In this document: positions 1 through 10,426 of the stretch, one piece after another
Layout: each line of letters opens with the position of its first letter
Position numbering within the stretch: position 1 is the stretch's first letter
NCBI GenBank assembly: GCA_011605725.1
Contig: JAAOZP010000012.1
Location: 74,238-138,237 of the forward strand
Direction of reading: 5' to 3'
Length of the DNA stretch: 64,000 nucleotides
Source: Nitrososphaerota archaeon
GTDB lineage: Archaea; Thermoproteota; EX4484-205; JAAOZP01
The notes under the pieces: generated by a model
Seen by the model: only the letters and a program-made list of their open reading frames with translations
Databases searched by the model: none
What the model was told of the DNA's origin: nothing
Program-made: the position numbers and the translations under genes

Positions 1-340
1 TACTAACCGGAACGAATCCAACAAAGTTCGCAGAAAAATTCATCTTAAATCCATCCGGACCCTCAAGGAATCCAGTTTTAAGATGAACCTTTAGATCTTC
101 TCTTCCTACGGTTATGGCGAATTGCGCTGCAGCATACTCATTTCTTACAGCCTCGACATACAAAGAAGTTTTTCCACTCGGCTTTGTATCTTTAAAGATC
201 TTTTCAAGCGGATCTGCAGCCCAAACTAAGAATTCCCCCTCTATTTGATATTCCTCCTTCATTTGATTAATCGATAATAGTGAAACTAGACATAAAAATA
301 TTGCTGAAACTGTCAGTATAATAATCTTCAGTTTTCTCAT
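1..340 (-). CDS. Hypothetical secreted or membrane-anchored protein, N-terminal fragment; gene continues past the window edge
   Basis: Minus-strand ATG at 340 opens a frame that runs to position 1 without a stop (absent from the ORF track for that reason). N-terminus MRKLKIIILTVSAIFLCLVSLLS looks like a signal peptide or TM anchor. Confidence 0.4.
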   Translation of the reverse strand, partial: MRKLKIIILTVSAIFLCLVSLLSINQMKEEYQIEGEFLVWAADPLEKIFKDTKPSGKTSLYVEAVRNEYAAAQFAITVGREDLKVHLKTGFLEGPDGFKMNFSANFVGFVPVS

Positions 341-525
341 TCTTCTATGTTTGTCAGCAGCCCATTCTATTATTAAACTTTTTTACTAATACCCCTAACG
401 CTAACCAGCACATACCGTTCGATTTCAGAACCAATTCTGGTGATTTACCCATAATCGCAATAGCGTTTAGCGAGCCCTGCGGGAAGACGATTATTCGTAA
501 AGTGGAAGCCGCTGTTCCCGAGGGG

Positions 526-1491
526 TTAAACAACAAGCTCCCCCCTCTCCAAGAGGTGTTCTATGCATTCCCGGTAAATATCTTCCGTAGTGTAGCGCGG
601 CCGGTAGCCGAGCAGACGTTGGGCCTTCTCTATGCTGACGCAGGGAGAATGAATAACGTGATCCCTAGTAATGGCAAACGCCTCCTCACCAAGGACATCC
701 GACATTTTCTGCAGCGGGATAAACCTGAGGTTCGGCTTCCTCCCGAAAAGAGACGCTACAAACTCGCAGCAGTATGAGAGGGTTACAGCGTAAGGCGCTG
801 CAACGCTGAACGATTCTCCCAAGGCTGCTTTACGGTTTAGGATCGCCAGTTCAAAAACCTGTGCCACATCATCAGCATGAACATGATGAAGAGTTGCCAG
901 TCCATTATCAGGCAGGTATACAACGTCTCCGCGAGCCAGGCTTCTGTACACATTAACACCGTTTCTAGTCCCCTGAGGATCTATGGGAAGCCATTTCCTA
1001 CCGCAAATGTGGCCCGGATGAATCACTGTTGCCGGAAAACCCTCCCTATCGTATTTCTTAAGGAGGTTGGCTTCAATCATTGCCTTGTTTATACCGTACT
1101 CTGTGATAGGCCTTCTGGGATAGTTCTCCCTGTAGGGTACTCGAGTGCTAGGCCCATATGCCCATATGGTACCACAATGGATAAAATGGCTTACATGACC
1201 CTCAAGGTTCTCAACCATAATCCTGTTCTGCTCAGGAGTAAAACAAATAAGGTCTATCACGACATCAGCCTCAACCTCAGCCATACGCTTCCCCCAGGAG
1301 CCGTTCTCCTCCTCCCTAATCCTGTCAGCAAGGATCCATTCAACCTGACTCCACAAGGCTTCGGTGCCGGCAGAACCATAATATGGCTTAGGGTTTCGCG
1401 CCAGAACCTGCACCTCATATCCATGCAACACTAAGCGTGGCACAAGGTAGCTTCCGATATGCCCGGTTCCACCGATTATTAGGACCTTCAT
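526..1491 (-). CDS. NAD-dependent epimerase/dehydratase family protein (extended SDR)
   Basis: 321 aa ORF; N-terminal Rossmann motif MKVLIIGGTGHIGSYLV, size typical of the family. Confidence 0.7.
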   Translation of the reverse strand: MKVLIIGGTGHIGSYLVPRLVLHGYEVQVLARNPKPYYGSAGTEALWSQVEWILADRIREEENGSWGKRMAEVEADVVIDLICFTPEQNRIMVENLEGHVSHFIHCGTIWAYGPSTRVPYRENYPRRPITEYGINKAMIEANLLKKYDREGFPATVIHPGHICGRKWLPIDPQGTRNGVNVYRSLARGDVVYLPDNGLATLHHVHADDVAQVFELAILNRKAALGESFSVAAPYAVTLSYCCEFVASLFGRKPNLRFIPLQKMSDVLGEEAFAITRDHVIHSPCVSIEKAQRLLGYRPRYTTEDIYRECIEHLLERGELVV

Positions 1492-1569
1492 CCCTAGACC
1501 AGCTGTTGATAAAGATCCCCTACATATAAAGATTTATATTTCCTTCCAAGAATTCGCAACAAGTGTTTA

Positions 1570-3147
1570 ATGAGCGAAAGAGTTGTGATGAGCATCGACC
1601 AGGGGACCACGGGCTCCCGAGTCTCACTGTATAAGCATGATGGAACACCTTATCCCAACGGCTGGTGTTACGTTGAGCATTCGCAATCCTACCCTAAACC
1701 CGGCTGGGTTGAACATGATCCTGTTAAAATATGGCTGAACGTTAAGCACTGCATCAGGAACGTTCTGGATAAGACTGGCGTTAAACCAGGAGAAATTGTT
1801 GCGATAGGCGTCACGAATCAGCGTGAAACAGTCGTGGCTTGGAACCCTAAGACAGGAAGGCCTGTTTCAAACGCCATCGTGTGGCAGGATCGCCGGACAG
1901 CTAAGCTGGTTGACTATCTCCGGGAGAACTTTTTAAAAGACATTGTCGAGAAAACCGGTTTGATTCCAGATAGCTATTTCTCAAGCACAAAGATATGGTG
2001 GATGCTTGAAAACATCAAGGGTCTACGTGAAAAGGCTTTGAAAGGAGAAGTCGTTTTCGGAACGGTAGACACATGGATCATATGGAACCTGACGAATGGT
2101 TCTCGAGATATTCAAACCCCGGAGTACAAGGGTGCATTCGTAACCGATTACAGCAACGCGTCTAGAACAATGCTCTTCAATATTCACGGGCTCATGTGGG
2201 ATGAGGGCCTTGCTGAAATACAGGGTAAAATACCTGTCGAGGCGCTTGCAATACCAAGGCCTAGTAGTGATAAAGAGGTTTACGGATGGACTGGCCCAGA
2301 GGTTTCAAGCCTTTTTGAAGGCTTAAGCAAGCCGGTGACCGGCGACGCTGGAGACCAGCAGGCTGCTTTACTTGGCCAAGCAGGGTTTGAACCCTACGAT
2401 GTGAAATGCACCTATGGCACAGGTAACTTCATACTGATGAATACCGCAGGGAACAAGGTGCACTCCAAGTCCGGGCTGCTGACCACAATACTCTACAGTG
2501 TTGAACCGGGTAAAGCAGTCTATGCTCTCGAGGGAAGCGTTTTCATCACCGGTGCAGCAATCCAATGGCTTCGCGACGGTTTGAAGATAATCGAGGTCTC
2601 GGGGGAAGTGAATCCTCTCGCTGAAGCTGCTGAAGACACAGGCGGTACTTATTTCGTACCGGCCTTCACAGGGCTTGGAGCACCCTACTGGGATCCGTAT
2701 GCGAGGGGCATGATTATAGGTTTAACTAGGGGGACAGGCAGGAGGCATATTGCTAGGGCGGTTTTAGAATCCATCGCATACTTGACTTGCGACGTGGTTG
2801 AAGCAATGAGCAACGATACTGGCAGAAGGGTGGAAAAACTTAAAGCAGACGGCGGCGCATCACGGAGTGACTTCCTGCTTCAATTCCAGTCTGACATACT
2901 TAATGCAACTGTCGTCAGGCCTTTTGTGCAGGAGACAACCAGCCTGGGAGTAGCTTATCTTGCTGGCCTCGCCGTGGGTTTCTGGAGAAGCATAAGCGAA
3001 GCTAGGAAAAACTGGAGGATAGAGAAAGAGTTTTCCCCTAGGATGAGCCGGGAAGTTAGAGAGAGACTGTATGATGGTTGGAAGGCGGCTGTTAAAAGAT
3101 CATTAGGATGGGCTATGGAAGTACCTTGGGCCTATGGCTACGAGTAG
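1570..3147 (+). CDS. glpK: Glycerol kinase
   Basis: 525 aa FGGY kinase; N-terminus SIDQGTTGSRVSLY...YPKPGWVEHDPVKIW is a close match to the GlpK signature; start may be the internal Met at 1588. Confidence 0.9.
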   Translation: MSERVVMSIDQGTTGSRVSLYKHDGTPYPNGWCYVEHSQSYPKPGWVEHDPVKIWLNVKHCIRNVLDKTGVKPGEIVAIGVTNQRETVVAWNPKTGRPVSNAIVWQDRRTAKLVDYLRENFLKDIVEKTGLIPDSYFSSTKIWWMLENIKGLREKALKGEVVFGTVDTWIIWNLTNGSRDIQTPEYKGAFVTDYSNASRTMLFNIHGLMWDEGLAEIQGKIPVEALAIPRPSSDKEVYGWTGPEVSSLFEGLSKPVTGDAGDQQAALLGQAGFEPYDVKCTYGTGNFILMNTAGNKVHSKSGLLTTILYSVEPGKAVYALEGSVFITGAAIQWLRDGLKIIEVSGEVNPLAEAAEDTGGTYFVPAFTGLGAPYWDPYARGMIIGLTRGTGRRHIARAVLESIAYLTCDVVEAMSNDTGRRVEKLKADGGASRSDFLLQFQSDILNATVVRPFVQETTSLGVAYLAGLAVGFWRSISEARKNWRIEKEFSPRMSREVRERLYDGWKAAVKRSLGWAMEVPWAYGYE

Positions 3148-3175
3148 ACAGGGATAGGTTAGCAGGTGGCTCACA

Positions 3176-4687
3176 ATGGTCGGCGAGACCCGTGTCGCGA
3201 TAATAGGTGCCGGAGTCATAGGGGCCTCTATAGCAAGGGTTTTAAGCAGGTTTGAAAACCTGCAGGTCTACGTTTTAGACGAGAACTATGATGTCGGCGG
3301 GGAAGCGAGCAGGGCGAATTCTTCAGTAATACACCCAGGTCACGAAGAGGATCCTGACAACCAGCCTTTGCGCGCGAAGCTCTGCACCGAGGGTAATGCT
3401 CTCTGGAGAAGATGGTGCATGGAGCTTGAGATCCCTGTGAAATGGGTTGGAGAGCTCATGCTTTTCGAGAGAAACGAGGATGAGAAGGAGGCTGAAAAAT
3501 ATGTGGAATGGGCTCATAAAAACAACGTGGCAGGCGTAAGGATTCTGCGAGAGGAGGAACTGTTTGAAATGGACAGCTCCATAAACAGGAATGTTAAAGG
3601 AGGTGTTTATGCTCCCACGGCAGGCCTAATTTCTCCTTTTGAAGCCGTCGTGGCCCTAGTGGAGAACGCTGTGGATAATGGGGTTAGGCTTCTCACGGAG
3701 ACGCGCGTCAAGAGAATCGTCGTCAGGAACAATGTTGTTGTAGGCGTTGAAACCAGTAAGGGGCTTATTGAAACAGATATTGTAATCAACGCGGCAGGAT
3801 TGAATGCTGACGAGGTGTCTCGCTTAGCAGGAGTTGAACCCTGGTTCAGAATAAAGCCTAGGAAGGGGGAATACATTATTTTCGATAAAGAAGCCGAGCC
3901 TAAGCCAAGCCTTGTGCTACACACGATGCCCACACCCATCACTAAAGGAGTTTACGCATCGACGACTGTACATGGTAACCTTATGATAGGGCCGACCGCC
4001 GAGGACCTTCCTTACGAGAAGAAGAAAGACACGTCTACAAGCCTGGAAGGCTTGGAACACTTGGTTAAGGAGGCTGGGAGAATACTTTGCAAAGTACCGC
4101 CGCGCTCGAGAATCATAAAGTTTTTCGCAGGGTTGAGACCTGAACCACCCGATGGGAAATGGTTGATAAAAGCCTATTCTCAACCATACGGGTTCATCAA
4201 CGTCGCAGGCATAAGGTCTCCAGGCTTAACGGCTGCGCCTGCAATAGCAAACCATGTTTTAAGCCTTATTACGGAGACATATGGGCTTAGACTAGTTGAG
4301 AAAAAAGGATGGAGACCATTCAGAAGGCAAATAGCCTGTGTCAGCGAGATGGATTACGACATCCTTGAAAAGCATATCTCAGAGAATCCGGATTACGGTG
4401 AGATAATCTGCTTCTGCAACAATGTTTCTAGGGCAGAGGTTTCAGAAGCCATTGAAAGAATGCGGAGGATCGGTGTGAAGACCATTACTTTCGACGGAGT
4501 GAAGCTTAGGACTACCGCAGGATTCGGAAAATGCCAGGCTTCAAGATGCAAGATACGGATGGCCCTTTTAATATCTGAGGCAACAGGAACACCTCTCTGC
4601 AACATCATCATGAAGAAGTCGAGCATCGGGGTTGGAGGAGTCAAGACACTTTGGACCCAGAACAAGGAGAGTATGAAGAATGATTGA
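3176..4687 (+). CDS. FAD-dependent glycerol-3-phosphate dehydrogenase-like oxidoreductase (GlpA-like) with BFD-type [2Fe-2S] domain
   Basis: N-terminal FAD fold VAIIGAGVIGASIA; C-terminal Cys cluster ICFCNN...GKCQASRC typical of the BFD-like domain; directly downstream of glpK. Confidence 0.7.
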   Translation: MVGETRVAIIGAGVIGASIARVLSRFENLQVYVLDENYDVGGEASRANSSVIHPGHEEDPDNQPLRAKLCTEGNALWRRWCMELEIPVKWVGELMLFERNEDEKEAEKYVEWAHKNNVAGVRILREEELFEMDSSINRNVKGGVYAPTAGLISPFEAVVALVENAVDNGVRLLTETRVKRIVVRNNVVVGVETSKGLIETDIVINAAGLNADEVSRLAGVEPWFRIKPRKGEYIIFDKEAEPKPSLVLHTMPTPITKGVYASTTVHGNLMIGPTAEDLPYEKKKDTSTSLEGLEHLVKEAGRILCKVPPRSRIIKFFAGLRPEPPDGKWLIKAYSQPYGFINVAGIRSPGLTAAPAIANHVLSLITETYGLRLVEKKGWRPFRRQIACVSEMDYDILEKHISENPDYGEIICFCNNVSRAEVSEAIERMRRIGVKTITFDGVKLRTTAGFGKCQASRCKIRMALLISEATGTPLCNIIMKKSSIGVGGVKTLWTQNKESMKND

Positions 4688-5930
4688 GCAGAAGTATGAC
4701 GTTATCATCATAGGTGGAGGCCCAGCCGGATTATCAGCTGCAGCCAAGGCTGTTGAAAACGGCTTGAAAACCCTGCTGCTTGAAAACAGGGAAATGCTGG
4801 GCGGCATCCCGTTTCAATGCGTTCACACAGGCTTCGGAATTCATTGTTTTAAGGAAGACTTAACCGGCGGCGAGTTTATTGCTAGACTCATAGATAGGGC
4901 GGTTGAAAAAGGCGTGGAAACCATGGTTAAAACACATGTTTTAAAGATTCAAGTCTACTCAGCGCTGGAGAAGACTGTTTACGCAGCCAGTCCAAAAGGC
5001 TTTTTAAAAATCCAGGCTAAAGCAATAATTTACGCTGCCGGTGCGCGTGAGAGACACCAGTATGAGATTGGCCTAGCTGGGGATAGGCCTGACGGTGTTT
5101 ACACGGCTGGCGAGGCCCAGGCCTTAATGGATGTTTACGGCGTCCTACCGGGTAAGAAGATAGTTATCATAGGCTCTGGAGACGTGGGACTCATAATGGC
5201 GAGAAGGCTTGCAATGGAGAGGGCTGAGGTTAAGGCTGTGATAGAAGTTTTACCATATCCAGGTGGCTTAACGCGAAACATCGTTCAGTGTTTAAACGAT
5301 TTCAACATTCCGCTTTACCTGAGCCACATGGTTCGCGAGGTTAAGGGGAGTGAAAGGGTTGAAAAAGTAATTGTAACAAGGGTTGGTGAAGACATGAAGC
5401 CGGACGGTAGCTTTGAATTCGAGCTTGAATGCGACACAGTCATTGTTTCAGCCGGGTTAAAGCCAGATGTTGATATTCTCGAGAAGATTGGTGTTGAAAC
5501 TGATCCTGCAACCGGGGGACCGGTTGTGAACGAGTTTTACGAAACCAGTGTGCCACTTGTCTTCACAGCGGGTAACGCGCTTGTCGTAAACGATCTTGTA
5601 GACTACGACGTGGAGCAGGGTGAGGCTGCAGCAACCCATGCTTTAAAACTCCTGGGAGACTACCTATCTCCACGGTTAGAATGGAGGCGGGTCGAAAGGG
5701 GGAGGAACATAAGGCTCATAGTGCCTCAGCTAGTAAGCGGCTCTAAGGACGTCGTGTTTTACAGTAGGGTTCAGTATCCTGAAGACAATGTGCGGCTCAC
5801 AATTCGGGAGACAGGGTTTGAAAAAAGGTTTTTCAAGGTTAAGCCAGCGGAGATGATTAGAATCATGATTCCGGCTGAAGAGCTGGCTAAAGCTCGTAGG
5901 GGAAAGATCACTTTCGAGGTGGTTCGATGA
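4680..5930 (+). CDS. FAD/NAD(P)-binding oxidoreductase (pyridine nucleotide-disulfide oxidoreductase-like partner of GlpA-like protein)
   Basis: N-terminal YDVIIIGGGPAGLSAA and second dinucleotide motif KIVIIGSGDVG; start overlaps the preceding stop by 8 nt. Confidence 0.6.
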   Translation: MIEQKYDVIIIGGGPAGLSAAAKAVENGLKTLLLENREMLGGIPFQCVHTGFGIHCFKEDLTGGEFIARLIDRAVEKGVETMVKTHVLKIQVYSALEKTVYAASPKGFLKIQAKAIIYAAGARERHQYEIGLAGDRPDGVYTAGEAQALMDVYGVLPGKKIVIIGSGDVGLIMARRLAMERAEVKAVIEVLPYPGGLTRNIVQCLNDFNIPLYLSHMVREVKGSERVEKVIVTRVGEDMKPDGSFEFELECDTVIVSAGLKPDVDILEKIGVETDPATGGPVVNEFYETSVPLVFTAGNALVVNDLVDYDVEQGEAAATHALKLLGDYLSPRLEWRRVERGRNIRLIVPQLVSGSKDVVFYSRVQYPEDNVRLTIRETGFEKRFFKVKPAEMIRIMIPAEELAKARRGKITFEVVR

Positions 5931-6304
5931 GTAGAATCGTAGAATATACTTGCATAATCTGCCCTTCCGGATGCTTGTTGAGAGTTGAAGCAGAAGAAAA
6001 CCGTGTGGTGAAGGTAGAGGGCGCGGGTTGTCCAAGGGGCGTTGAATACGCTAAGCAGGAGTTTTCAGACCCAATGAGAATTGTTTTTACGGTGGTTAGA
6101 GTGAGAAACGGAGAGCTGCCTACAGTTTCCGTGAAGACAACTAGACCGATACCTAAGAATAAGGTTTTCAACCTTATGAAGATGCTCGCGTCAATAGAGC
6201 TTGAGGCCCCGGTTGAGATAGGGGAGATTATAGTTGGCGACGCGTATGGCGCCGAAGTGGTTGCTACTAGAAGAGTGGGAAGACGAGAACCTGTAGCCGG
6301 TTGA
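5927..6304 (+). CDS. DUF1667-like small Cys-rich protein
   Basis: 125 aa; CIICPSGC...GAGCPRG motif; start overlaps upstream stop by 4 nt, the usual position of DUF1667 genes next to GlpA-like flavoproteins. Confidence 0.55.
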   Translation: MSRIVEYTCIICPSGCLLRVEAEENRVVKVEGAGCPRGVEYAKQEFSDPMRIVFTVVRVRNGELPTVSVKTTRPIPKNKVFNLMKMLASIELEAPVEIGEIIVGDAYGAEVVATRRVGRREPVAG

Positions 6305-6356
6305 CATACTAGGCTTAACAGTTTAAACAATAAGGCTTATTAGGAAAACGAACAGG

Positions 6357-7469
6357 TTGCCCCCTATGGATTTGGATGAAGCTTTAAAGAGGATTTTCGA
6401 AGAAGCTGGAAAGCTTATACGCAAATGCTTGTTGAAGGCTTCAGACGGGACAACTCTTTTCAGGCCAGACGGTGGAGGAAACTATAACGCGCTCTGGACA
6501 AGAGACTTCTGCTACATGCTTGAAGGTCTTCCAAACCTTATTCCGCACGACGATGCTGTCAAAGCCTATCTCTACATACTTAACCGTCAGAGGAGGGACG
6601 GGGCTATTCCAGATAGAGTTGACCCTGATGGGAAACCATATTACAATGTTTTAGGCTCAAGCCCTCCAACTGATAATCCCCAGTTCGCTGTCAAAATAGC
6701 GTGGAAAATATGGCGTGCTTATGGAGATGTCCACCCCTTCATCCTAACTGCCGACAGGCTTGAGAAAGCCTTAAGCTCACTTCCGTTGAGCAAGGAGGCT
6801 GATTTAATCTGGATCAGCCCCGGCAGCCCGCATTCATCCTACGGTTTTACAGACTGCGTTGCTAAAACCGGTGAAGAACTTTTTTCATCACTACTCCTTT
6901 ACGAGGCGCATGTTAAAATGGCGGAGCTCTATGGTGCTGCGGGAAGAATAGAGGAGGCGAGGATGCATGAGGCTAAAGCGGTAAGAGTAAAAAGCTCGCT
7001 GGGAAAACTGTGGTCTGGGGAAGGCTATTTCTTCGCAGCCTCCGTAGACTGTAGGCAACCTGACGTATGGGGGTCAGCCTATTCCGTATGGGTAGAGGCG
7101 GTTGACAGCAGGAGAGCCCTGGAGATTTCAAAGTGGCTTTCAAACAGCTTCGAAAAGACAGTTAAATGGGGGCAGGTTAGGCATTTGCCTGAGCCCTTTG
7201 TCTGGGAGAAAACCCTCACGGAAATCAAGCCCGGCACCTATCAAAACGGGGCCTATTGGGGGACGGCAGCAGGATGGGTTGCCCACGCTATATCGCTTAC
7301 CAATCGTCAACTGGCTGAGCGAATGTTGATAGACCTGATTGAATTCTGCGAGGCAGAAGGGAAAGCGTGGGAATGTGTCAACCTGGATTACAGGAAGTGC
7401 CCGGACTACGTGGCTACTTTAGCCTGTCCCTCAGCAATAATTGAGAAGCTTAGGAATGACCGGATGTAG
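6357..7469 (+). CDS. Hypothetical protein, possible (alpha/alpha)6-barrel glycosidase-like
   Basis: 370 aa ORF; LWTRDFCYMLEG resembles the W-x-RD motif of six-hairpin glycosidases; weak assignment. Confidence 0.3.
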   Translation: MPPMDLDEALKRIFEEAGKLIRKCLLKASDGTTLFRPDGGGNYNALWTRDFCYMLEGLPNLIPHDDAVKAYLYILNRQRRDGAIPDRVDPDGKPYYNVLGSSPPTDNPQFAVKIAWKIWRAYGDVHPFILTADRLEKALSSLPLSKEADLIWISPGSPHSSYGFTDCVAKTGEELFSSLLLYEAHVKMAELYGAAGRIEEARMHEAKAVRVKSSLGKLWSGEGYFFAASVDCRQPDVWGSAYSVWVEAVDSRRALEISKWLSNSFEKTVKWGQVRHLPEPFVWEKTLTEIKPGTYQNGAYWGTAAGWVAHAISLTNRQLAERMLIDLIEFCEAEGKAWECVNLDYRKCPDYVATLACPSAIIEKLRNDRM

Positions 7470-7487
7470 ACATGGGGGCGACTATTC

Positions 7488-8561
7488 ATGGAGCCGCGTG
7501 AAAGGGTTTACAGTGTTCTTAAAGGAAGAATGCCCGACAAGATCCCTTGGCTAATATATTCAAACCATCTTCCGAGAGGAAGCTTTGAACGTAGGATGAG
7601 AGAAATGGGGCTTGGACTTGATGAAAGATGCAGCATATACAGAGTATCCATGCCGAACGTCAAGATAGAGAGCAGAACAGTGGGCGACTACGTTTACACT
7701 ATTTACCGTACTCCGGTTGGTGAGCTGAAATCAACTACACGAATCGGAATGAGGTTTCAGTTTCCAGGCGGCTCGTGGACTGTTGAGCATCCTGTGAAAA
7801 ACGCGAGCGACATCAATGCTTTAATGTTCATGATAGAGGACACGGTCTACGAGCCGGATTACGAGAACTATGTCAGGATCAGGGAAGAACTTGAGGGAGA
7901 CGGGATTGTCACTGTTTGGGCTGACTACACGCCTCTTATGAAGATAATCATCAGATACATGGGTTTCAAAAACTTTTCAATCATGTATCGGAGAAACAGG
8001 GAGGTAATTGAGGAGCTGGTGGAAGCTCTGGATAAGAGTTTTCTAAAAATGTATAGGATAATAGCCGACTCGCCTGCTGAGATAGTTAGGATCGGTGATA
8101 ACATTGACTCGATGCTCATATCTCCAAGCCTCTTCGAGAAATACTGTTTACCATACTACAATAAGTATGTTGACATTCTTCACGAGAAAGGCAAGATTGT
8201 TATTTCACATATGGACGGTAGGCTTAAAGCACTTAAAAACCTCATCGGAGAAACAAGGCTGGACGCTATAGAGGCTTTCACACCCCCGCCTGGAGGAGAC
8301 CTTTCCCCGAAGGAGGCTAGGGAAGCCTGGAGAAATAAAGTGGTTTGGATGAATTTTCCCGAGGAAGTGTTTCTGAGAACACCGGAAGAAATAAGGAGCT
8401 TCACATTAAGACTACTGGAGGAAATTGCTCCTGGAAAAGGCTTTGTAATAAGTGTTACTGAAGATGCTCATCCAGACCACTATAGAAAAGGGATTGAAAC
8501 AGTTACTGAAACACTTTACAAACACGGCGGCCTGCCGATAAAACCACCGCTAACCAGGTGA
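7488..8561 (+). CDS. Uroporphyrinogen decarboxylase (URO-D) family protein, methyltransferase-like
   Basis: 357 aa; N-terminal PRERVYSVLKGRMPDKIPW pattern and overall length typical of URO-D/MtaA-like TIM-barrel proteins. Confidence 0.5.
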   Translation: MEPRERVYSVLKGRMPDKIPWLIYSNHLPRGSFERRMREMGLGLDERCSIYRVSMPNVKIESRTVGDYVYTIYRTPVGELKSTTRIGMRFQFPGGSWTVEHPVKNASDINALMFMIEDTVYEPDYENYVRIREELEGDGIVTVWADYTPLMKIIIRYMGFKNFSIMYRRNREVIEELVEALDKSFLKMYRIIADSPAEIVRIGDNIDSMLISPSLFEKYCLPYYNKYVDILHEKGKIVISHMDGRLKALKNLIGETRLDAIEAFTPPPGGDLSPKEAREAWRNKVVWMNFPEEVFLRTPEEIRSFTLRLLEEIAPGKGFVISVTEDAHPDHYRKGIETVTETLYKHGGLPIKPPLTR

Positions 8562-8736
8562 CTAGAAGCCTAAGACTTGAAAAACTTTTTGTCAAAGCCG
8601 TTTTTAAAGCGAAGTTTGCTTGAAAAATACACCCGACTCATACGTGTCTAGCCCGGCTTACCCCTATGGGCAGAAACAGGACTACGGTAACCAAAAAGTT
8701 AAAATATTTTCAGTATTCTCGTGTGGATGAGGAGAA

Positions 8737-9492
8737 ATGGGAATAGCGTTGCAGCTCTACTCAGTACGCGAAGACTGCGCTAAGGATTTTGAGGGAACTC
8801 TTAAGGCAGTTGCAGAAATGGGTTACGAGGGGGTTGAGTTCGCAGGATATTACGAGAGAAGCGCTGAAAGCCTTAGAGCAATCCTTGACGATCTTGGTTT
8901 AAAAGTTGCTGGAACACATATAAGTATAGATACTCTGCTCGGCGAAAAGCTTGGTAAGACTGTTGAGTTTAACCGTGTCTTGGAGAACAAGTTTCTAATA
9001 GTTCCAGGCCTGCCTGCTGAAATGCTGAGTTCGAAAAAAAGTTGTCTTGAGACAGCCAATCTTTTCAACGAAATCGCTAGAAAGCTCAGGAAGGAAGGGA
9101 TGAGGGTCGGCTATCACAACCATATGATGGAGTTCAAAACTGTTAACGGTGAGAGAATATGGGACTTGTTCTTCGGCTCCACCATCCCCGAGGTAGTGAT
9201 GCAGCTCGACACGGGGAACGCGATGCATGGAGGAGTTGATGCAGAGGGCATTTTGGAGATAATTCGGAAATACCCAGGCAGGGCATTAACCGTGCACGTT
9301 AAAGAGTATTCCTCTAAAAATCCAAAGGCAGTGGTTGGAGAAGGAGAAATGAAGTGGCGTGAATTCTTCGAGCTGTGTAAAACAACGGGTGGAACCGAAT
9401 GGTATATTGTTGAGCAGGAGAGCTACGCCTATCCGCCTCTAGAATGCGTGAAGCGCTGCCTGGAGAACCTTAGAAGAATGAGGCTCGTGTAA
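8737..9492 (+). CDS. Sugar phosphate isomerase/epimerase (xylose isomerase-like TIM barrel)
   Basis: 251 aa; LQLYSVRED...GYEGVEFAGY and later HNH/E-rich metal-site pattern typical of the family. Confidence 0.7.
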   Translation: MGIALQLYSVREDCAKDFEGTLKAVAEMGYEGVEFAGYYERSAESLRAILDDLGLKVAGTHISIDTLLGEKLGKTVEFNRVLENKFLIVPGLPAEMLSSKKSCLETANLFNEIARKLRKEGMRVGYHNHMMEFKTVNGERIWDLFFGSTIPEVVMQLDTGNAMHGGVDAEGILEIIRKYPGRALTVHVKEYSSKNPKAVVGEGEMKWREFFELCKTTGGTEWYIVEQESYAYPPLECVKRCLENLRRMRLV

Positions 9493-9623
9493 GACTGTCT
9501 TAGATACCAGTTTTCAAATCATTTTTAAAAGACTAAATCAACCGTCTTAGTATATTAAAAGAAACAATTAAAATGCTAAAATTTAAAAAGACACGATTAA
9601 CTTAAAACCTTAGAAAATTGGAA

Positions 9624-9628
9624 GGAGG
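9624..9628 (+). promoter_or_regulatory. Shine-Dalgarno-like ribosome-binding site (GGAGG) 9 nt upstream of the ATG at 9638; AT-rich putative promoter region 9493-9620
   Basis: Sequence gaaGGAGGagtgaacagATG read directly. Confidence 0.4.
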
Positions 9629-9637
9629 AGTGAACAG

Positions 9638-10426
9638 ATGAAAATAATGTACGAATTTATTCCTAAAGCAAACTTTTTAGATTTAGCTGAAGAAATAAAG
9701 GATTTAGTAGATGGCTTTAACATCACGGATAGTGCAGGAGGAATACCTGCCCCCAGTGCTACTGCAGTAGCCTGTGCGATTAAGATAAAATATCCTCAAA
9801 AAATAATAATCCCCATGCTAATTACTAATTATAAGGGACCTGTTGAAATTGCCGCTGCAGCAAGTGCTTGTGAAGCCTTAGATATTTATGGAATGGTGCC
9901 TGATCCGGGAGATGCTCCTAAATACGGATATCCGATAAGGACAAGAAGAGACGGAACCTGTGAAATGCTTTCCGATAAAGAGGAGATTGAAAGATTTAGA
10001 CGTGCAACTGGTCCTGCAGAGGAAGTTAGAGATTTCCTTCGTAATATCGTAAAGATAAAAAAGCTAAAATTAGGCTGTCTTTTAACTAGCCGTAGACCAA
10101 CTGAAGAGGCGGTTGCACGCATAAGAGATGCTTGGGATTTCTGTCTCTTCTTACGCTTAGAAAAGGCTTCTCTACCAAAGTTAAAGGAATTGGCTTTGGA
10201 GTGTAGAAATCTAGGAAAACCCATATATCCCTATTTTGTGGTCGAGACACCTAGAAATAAAAAGATTCTGGAAAGAATCGGATGGCCTTCTACAACAACC
10301 CTGGAAAAAGCAGAAGAATTTTTAGCAGAGCTTCAAGGCGTTGTAGACGGTATAATTTCAACTTGCCTTGGAGACATCGAGGCGGATAAAAAGCTGCTTG
10401 ATAAACTGCAGAAATTTAGGGAATAA
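9638..10426 (+). CDS. Methylenetetrahydrofolate reductase-like protein (short MetF-like)
   Basis: 262 aa; YEFIPKA...FNITDSAGG...MVPDPGD parallels the SFEFFPP / VTDGAGG / LALRGDPP blocks of MTHFR; sits in a folate gene cluster. Confidence 0.55.
   Translation: MKIMYEFIPKANFLDLAEEIKDLVDGFNITDSAGGIPAPSATAVACAIKIKYPQKIIIPMLITNYKGPVEIAAAASACEALDIYGMVPDPGDAPKYGYPIRTRRDGTCEMLSDKEEIERFRRATGPAEEVRDFLRNIVKIKKLKLGCLLTSRRPTEEAVARIRDAWDFCLFLRLEKASLPKLKELALECRNLGKPIYPYFVVETPRNKKILERIGWPSTTTLEKAEEFLAELQGVVDGIISTCLGDIEADKKLLDKLQKFRE

Noticed and set aside
877-1434. 185 aa plus-strand ORF
   Set aside because: Antisense shadow of the epimerase/dehydratase gene (526-1491), which has a clear Rossmann motif.
5908-6330. 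140 aa minus-strand ORF
   Set aside because: Antisense to the DUF1667-like gene, which fits the operon (4 nt overlap with upstream gene).
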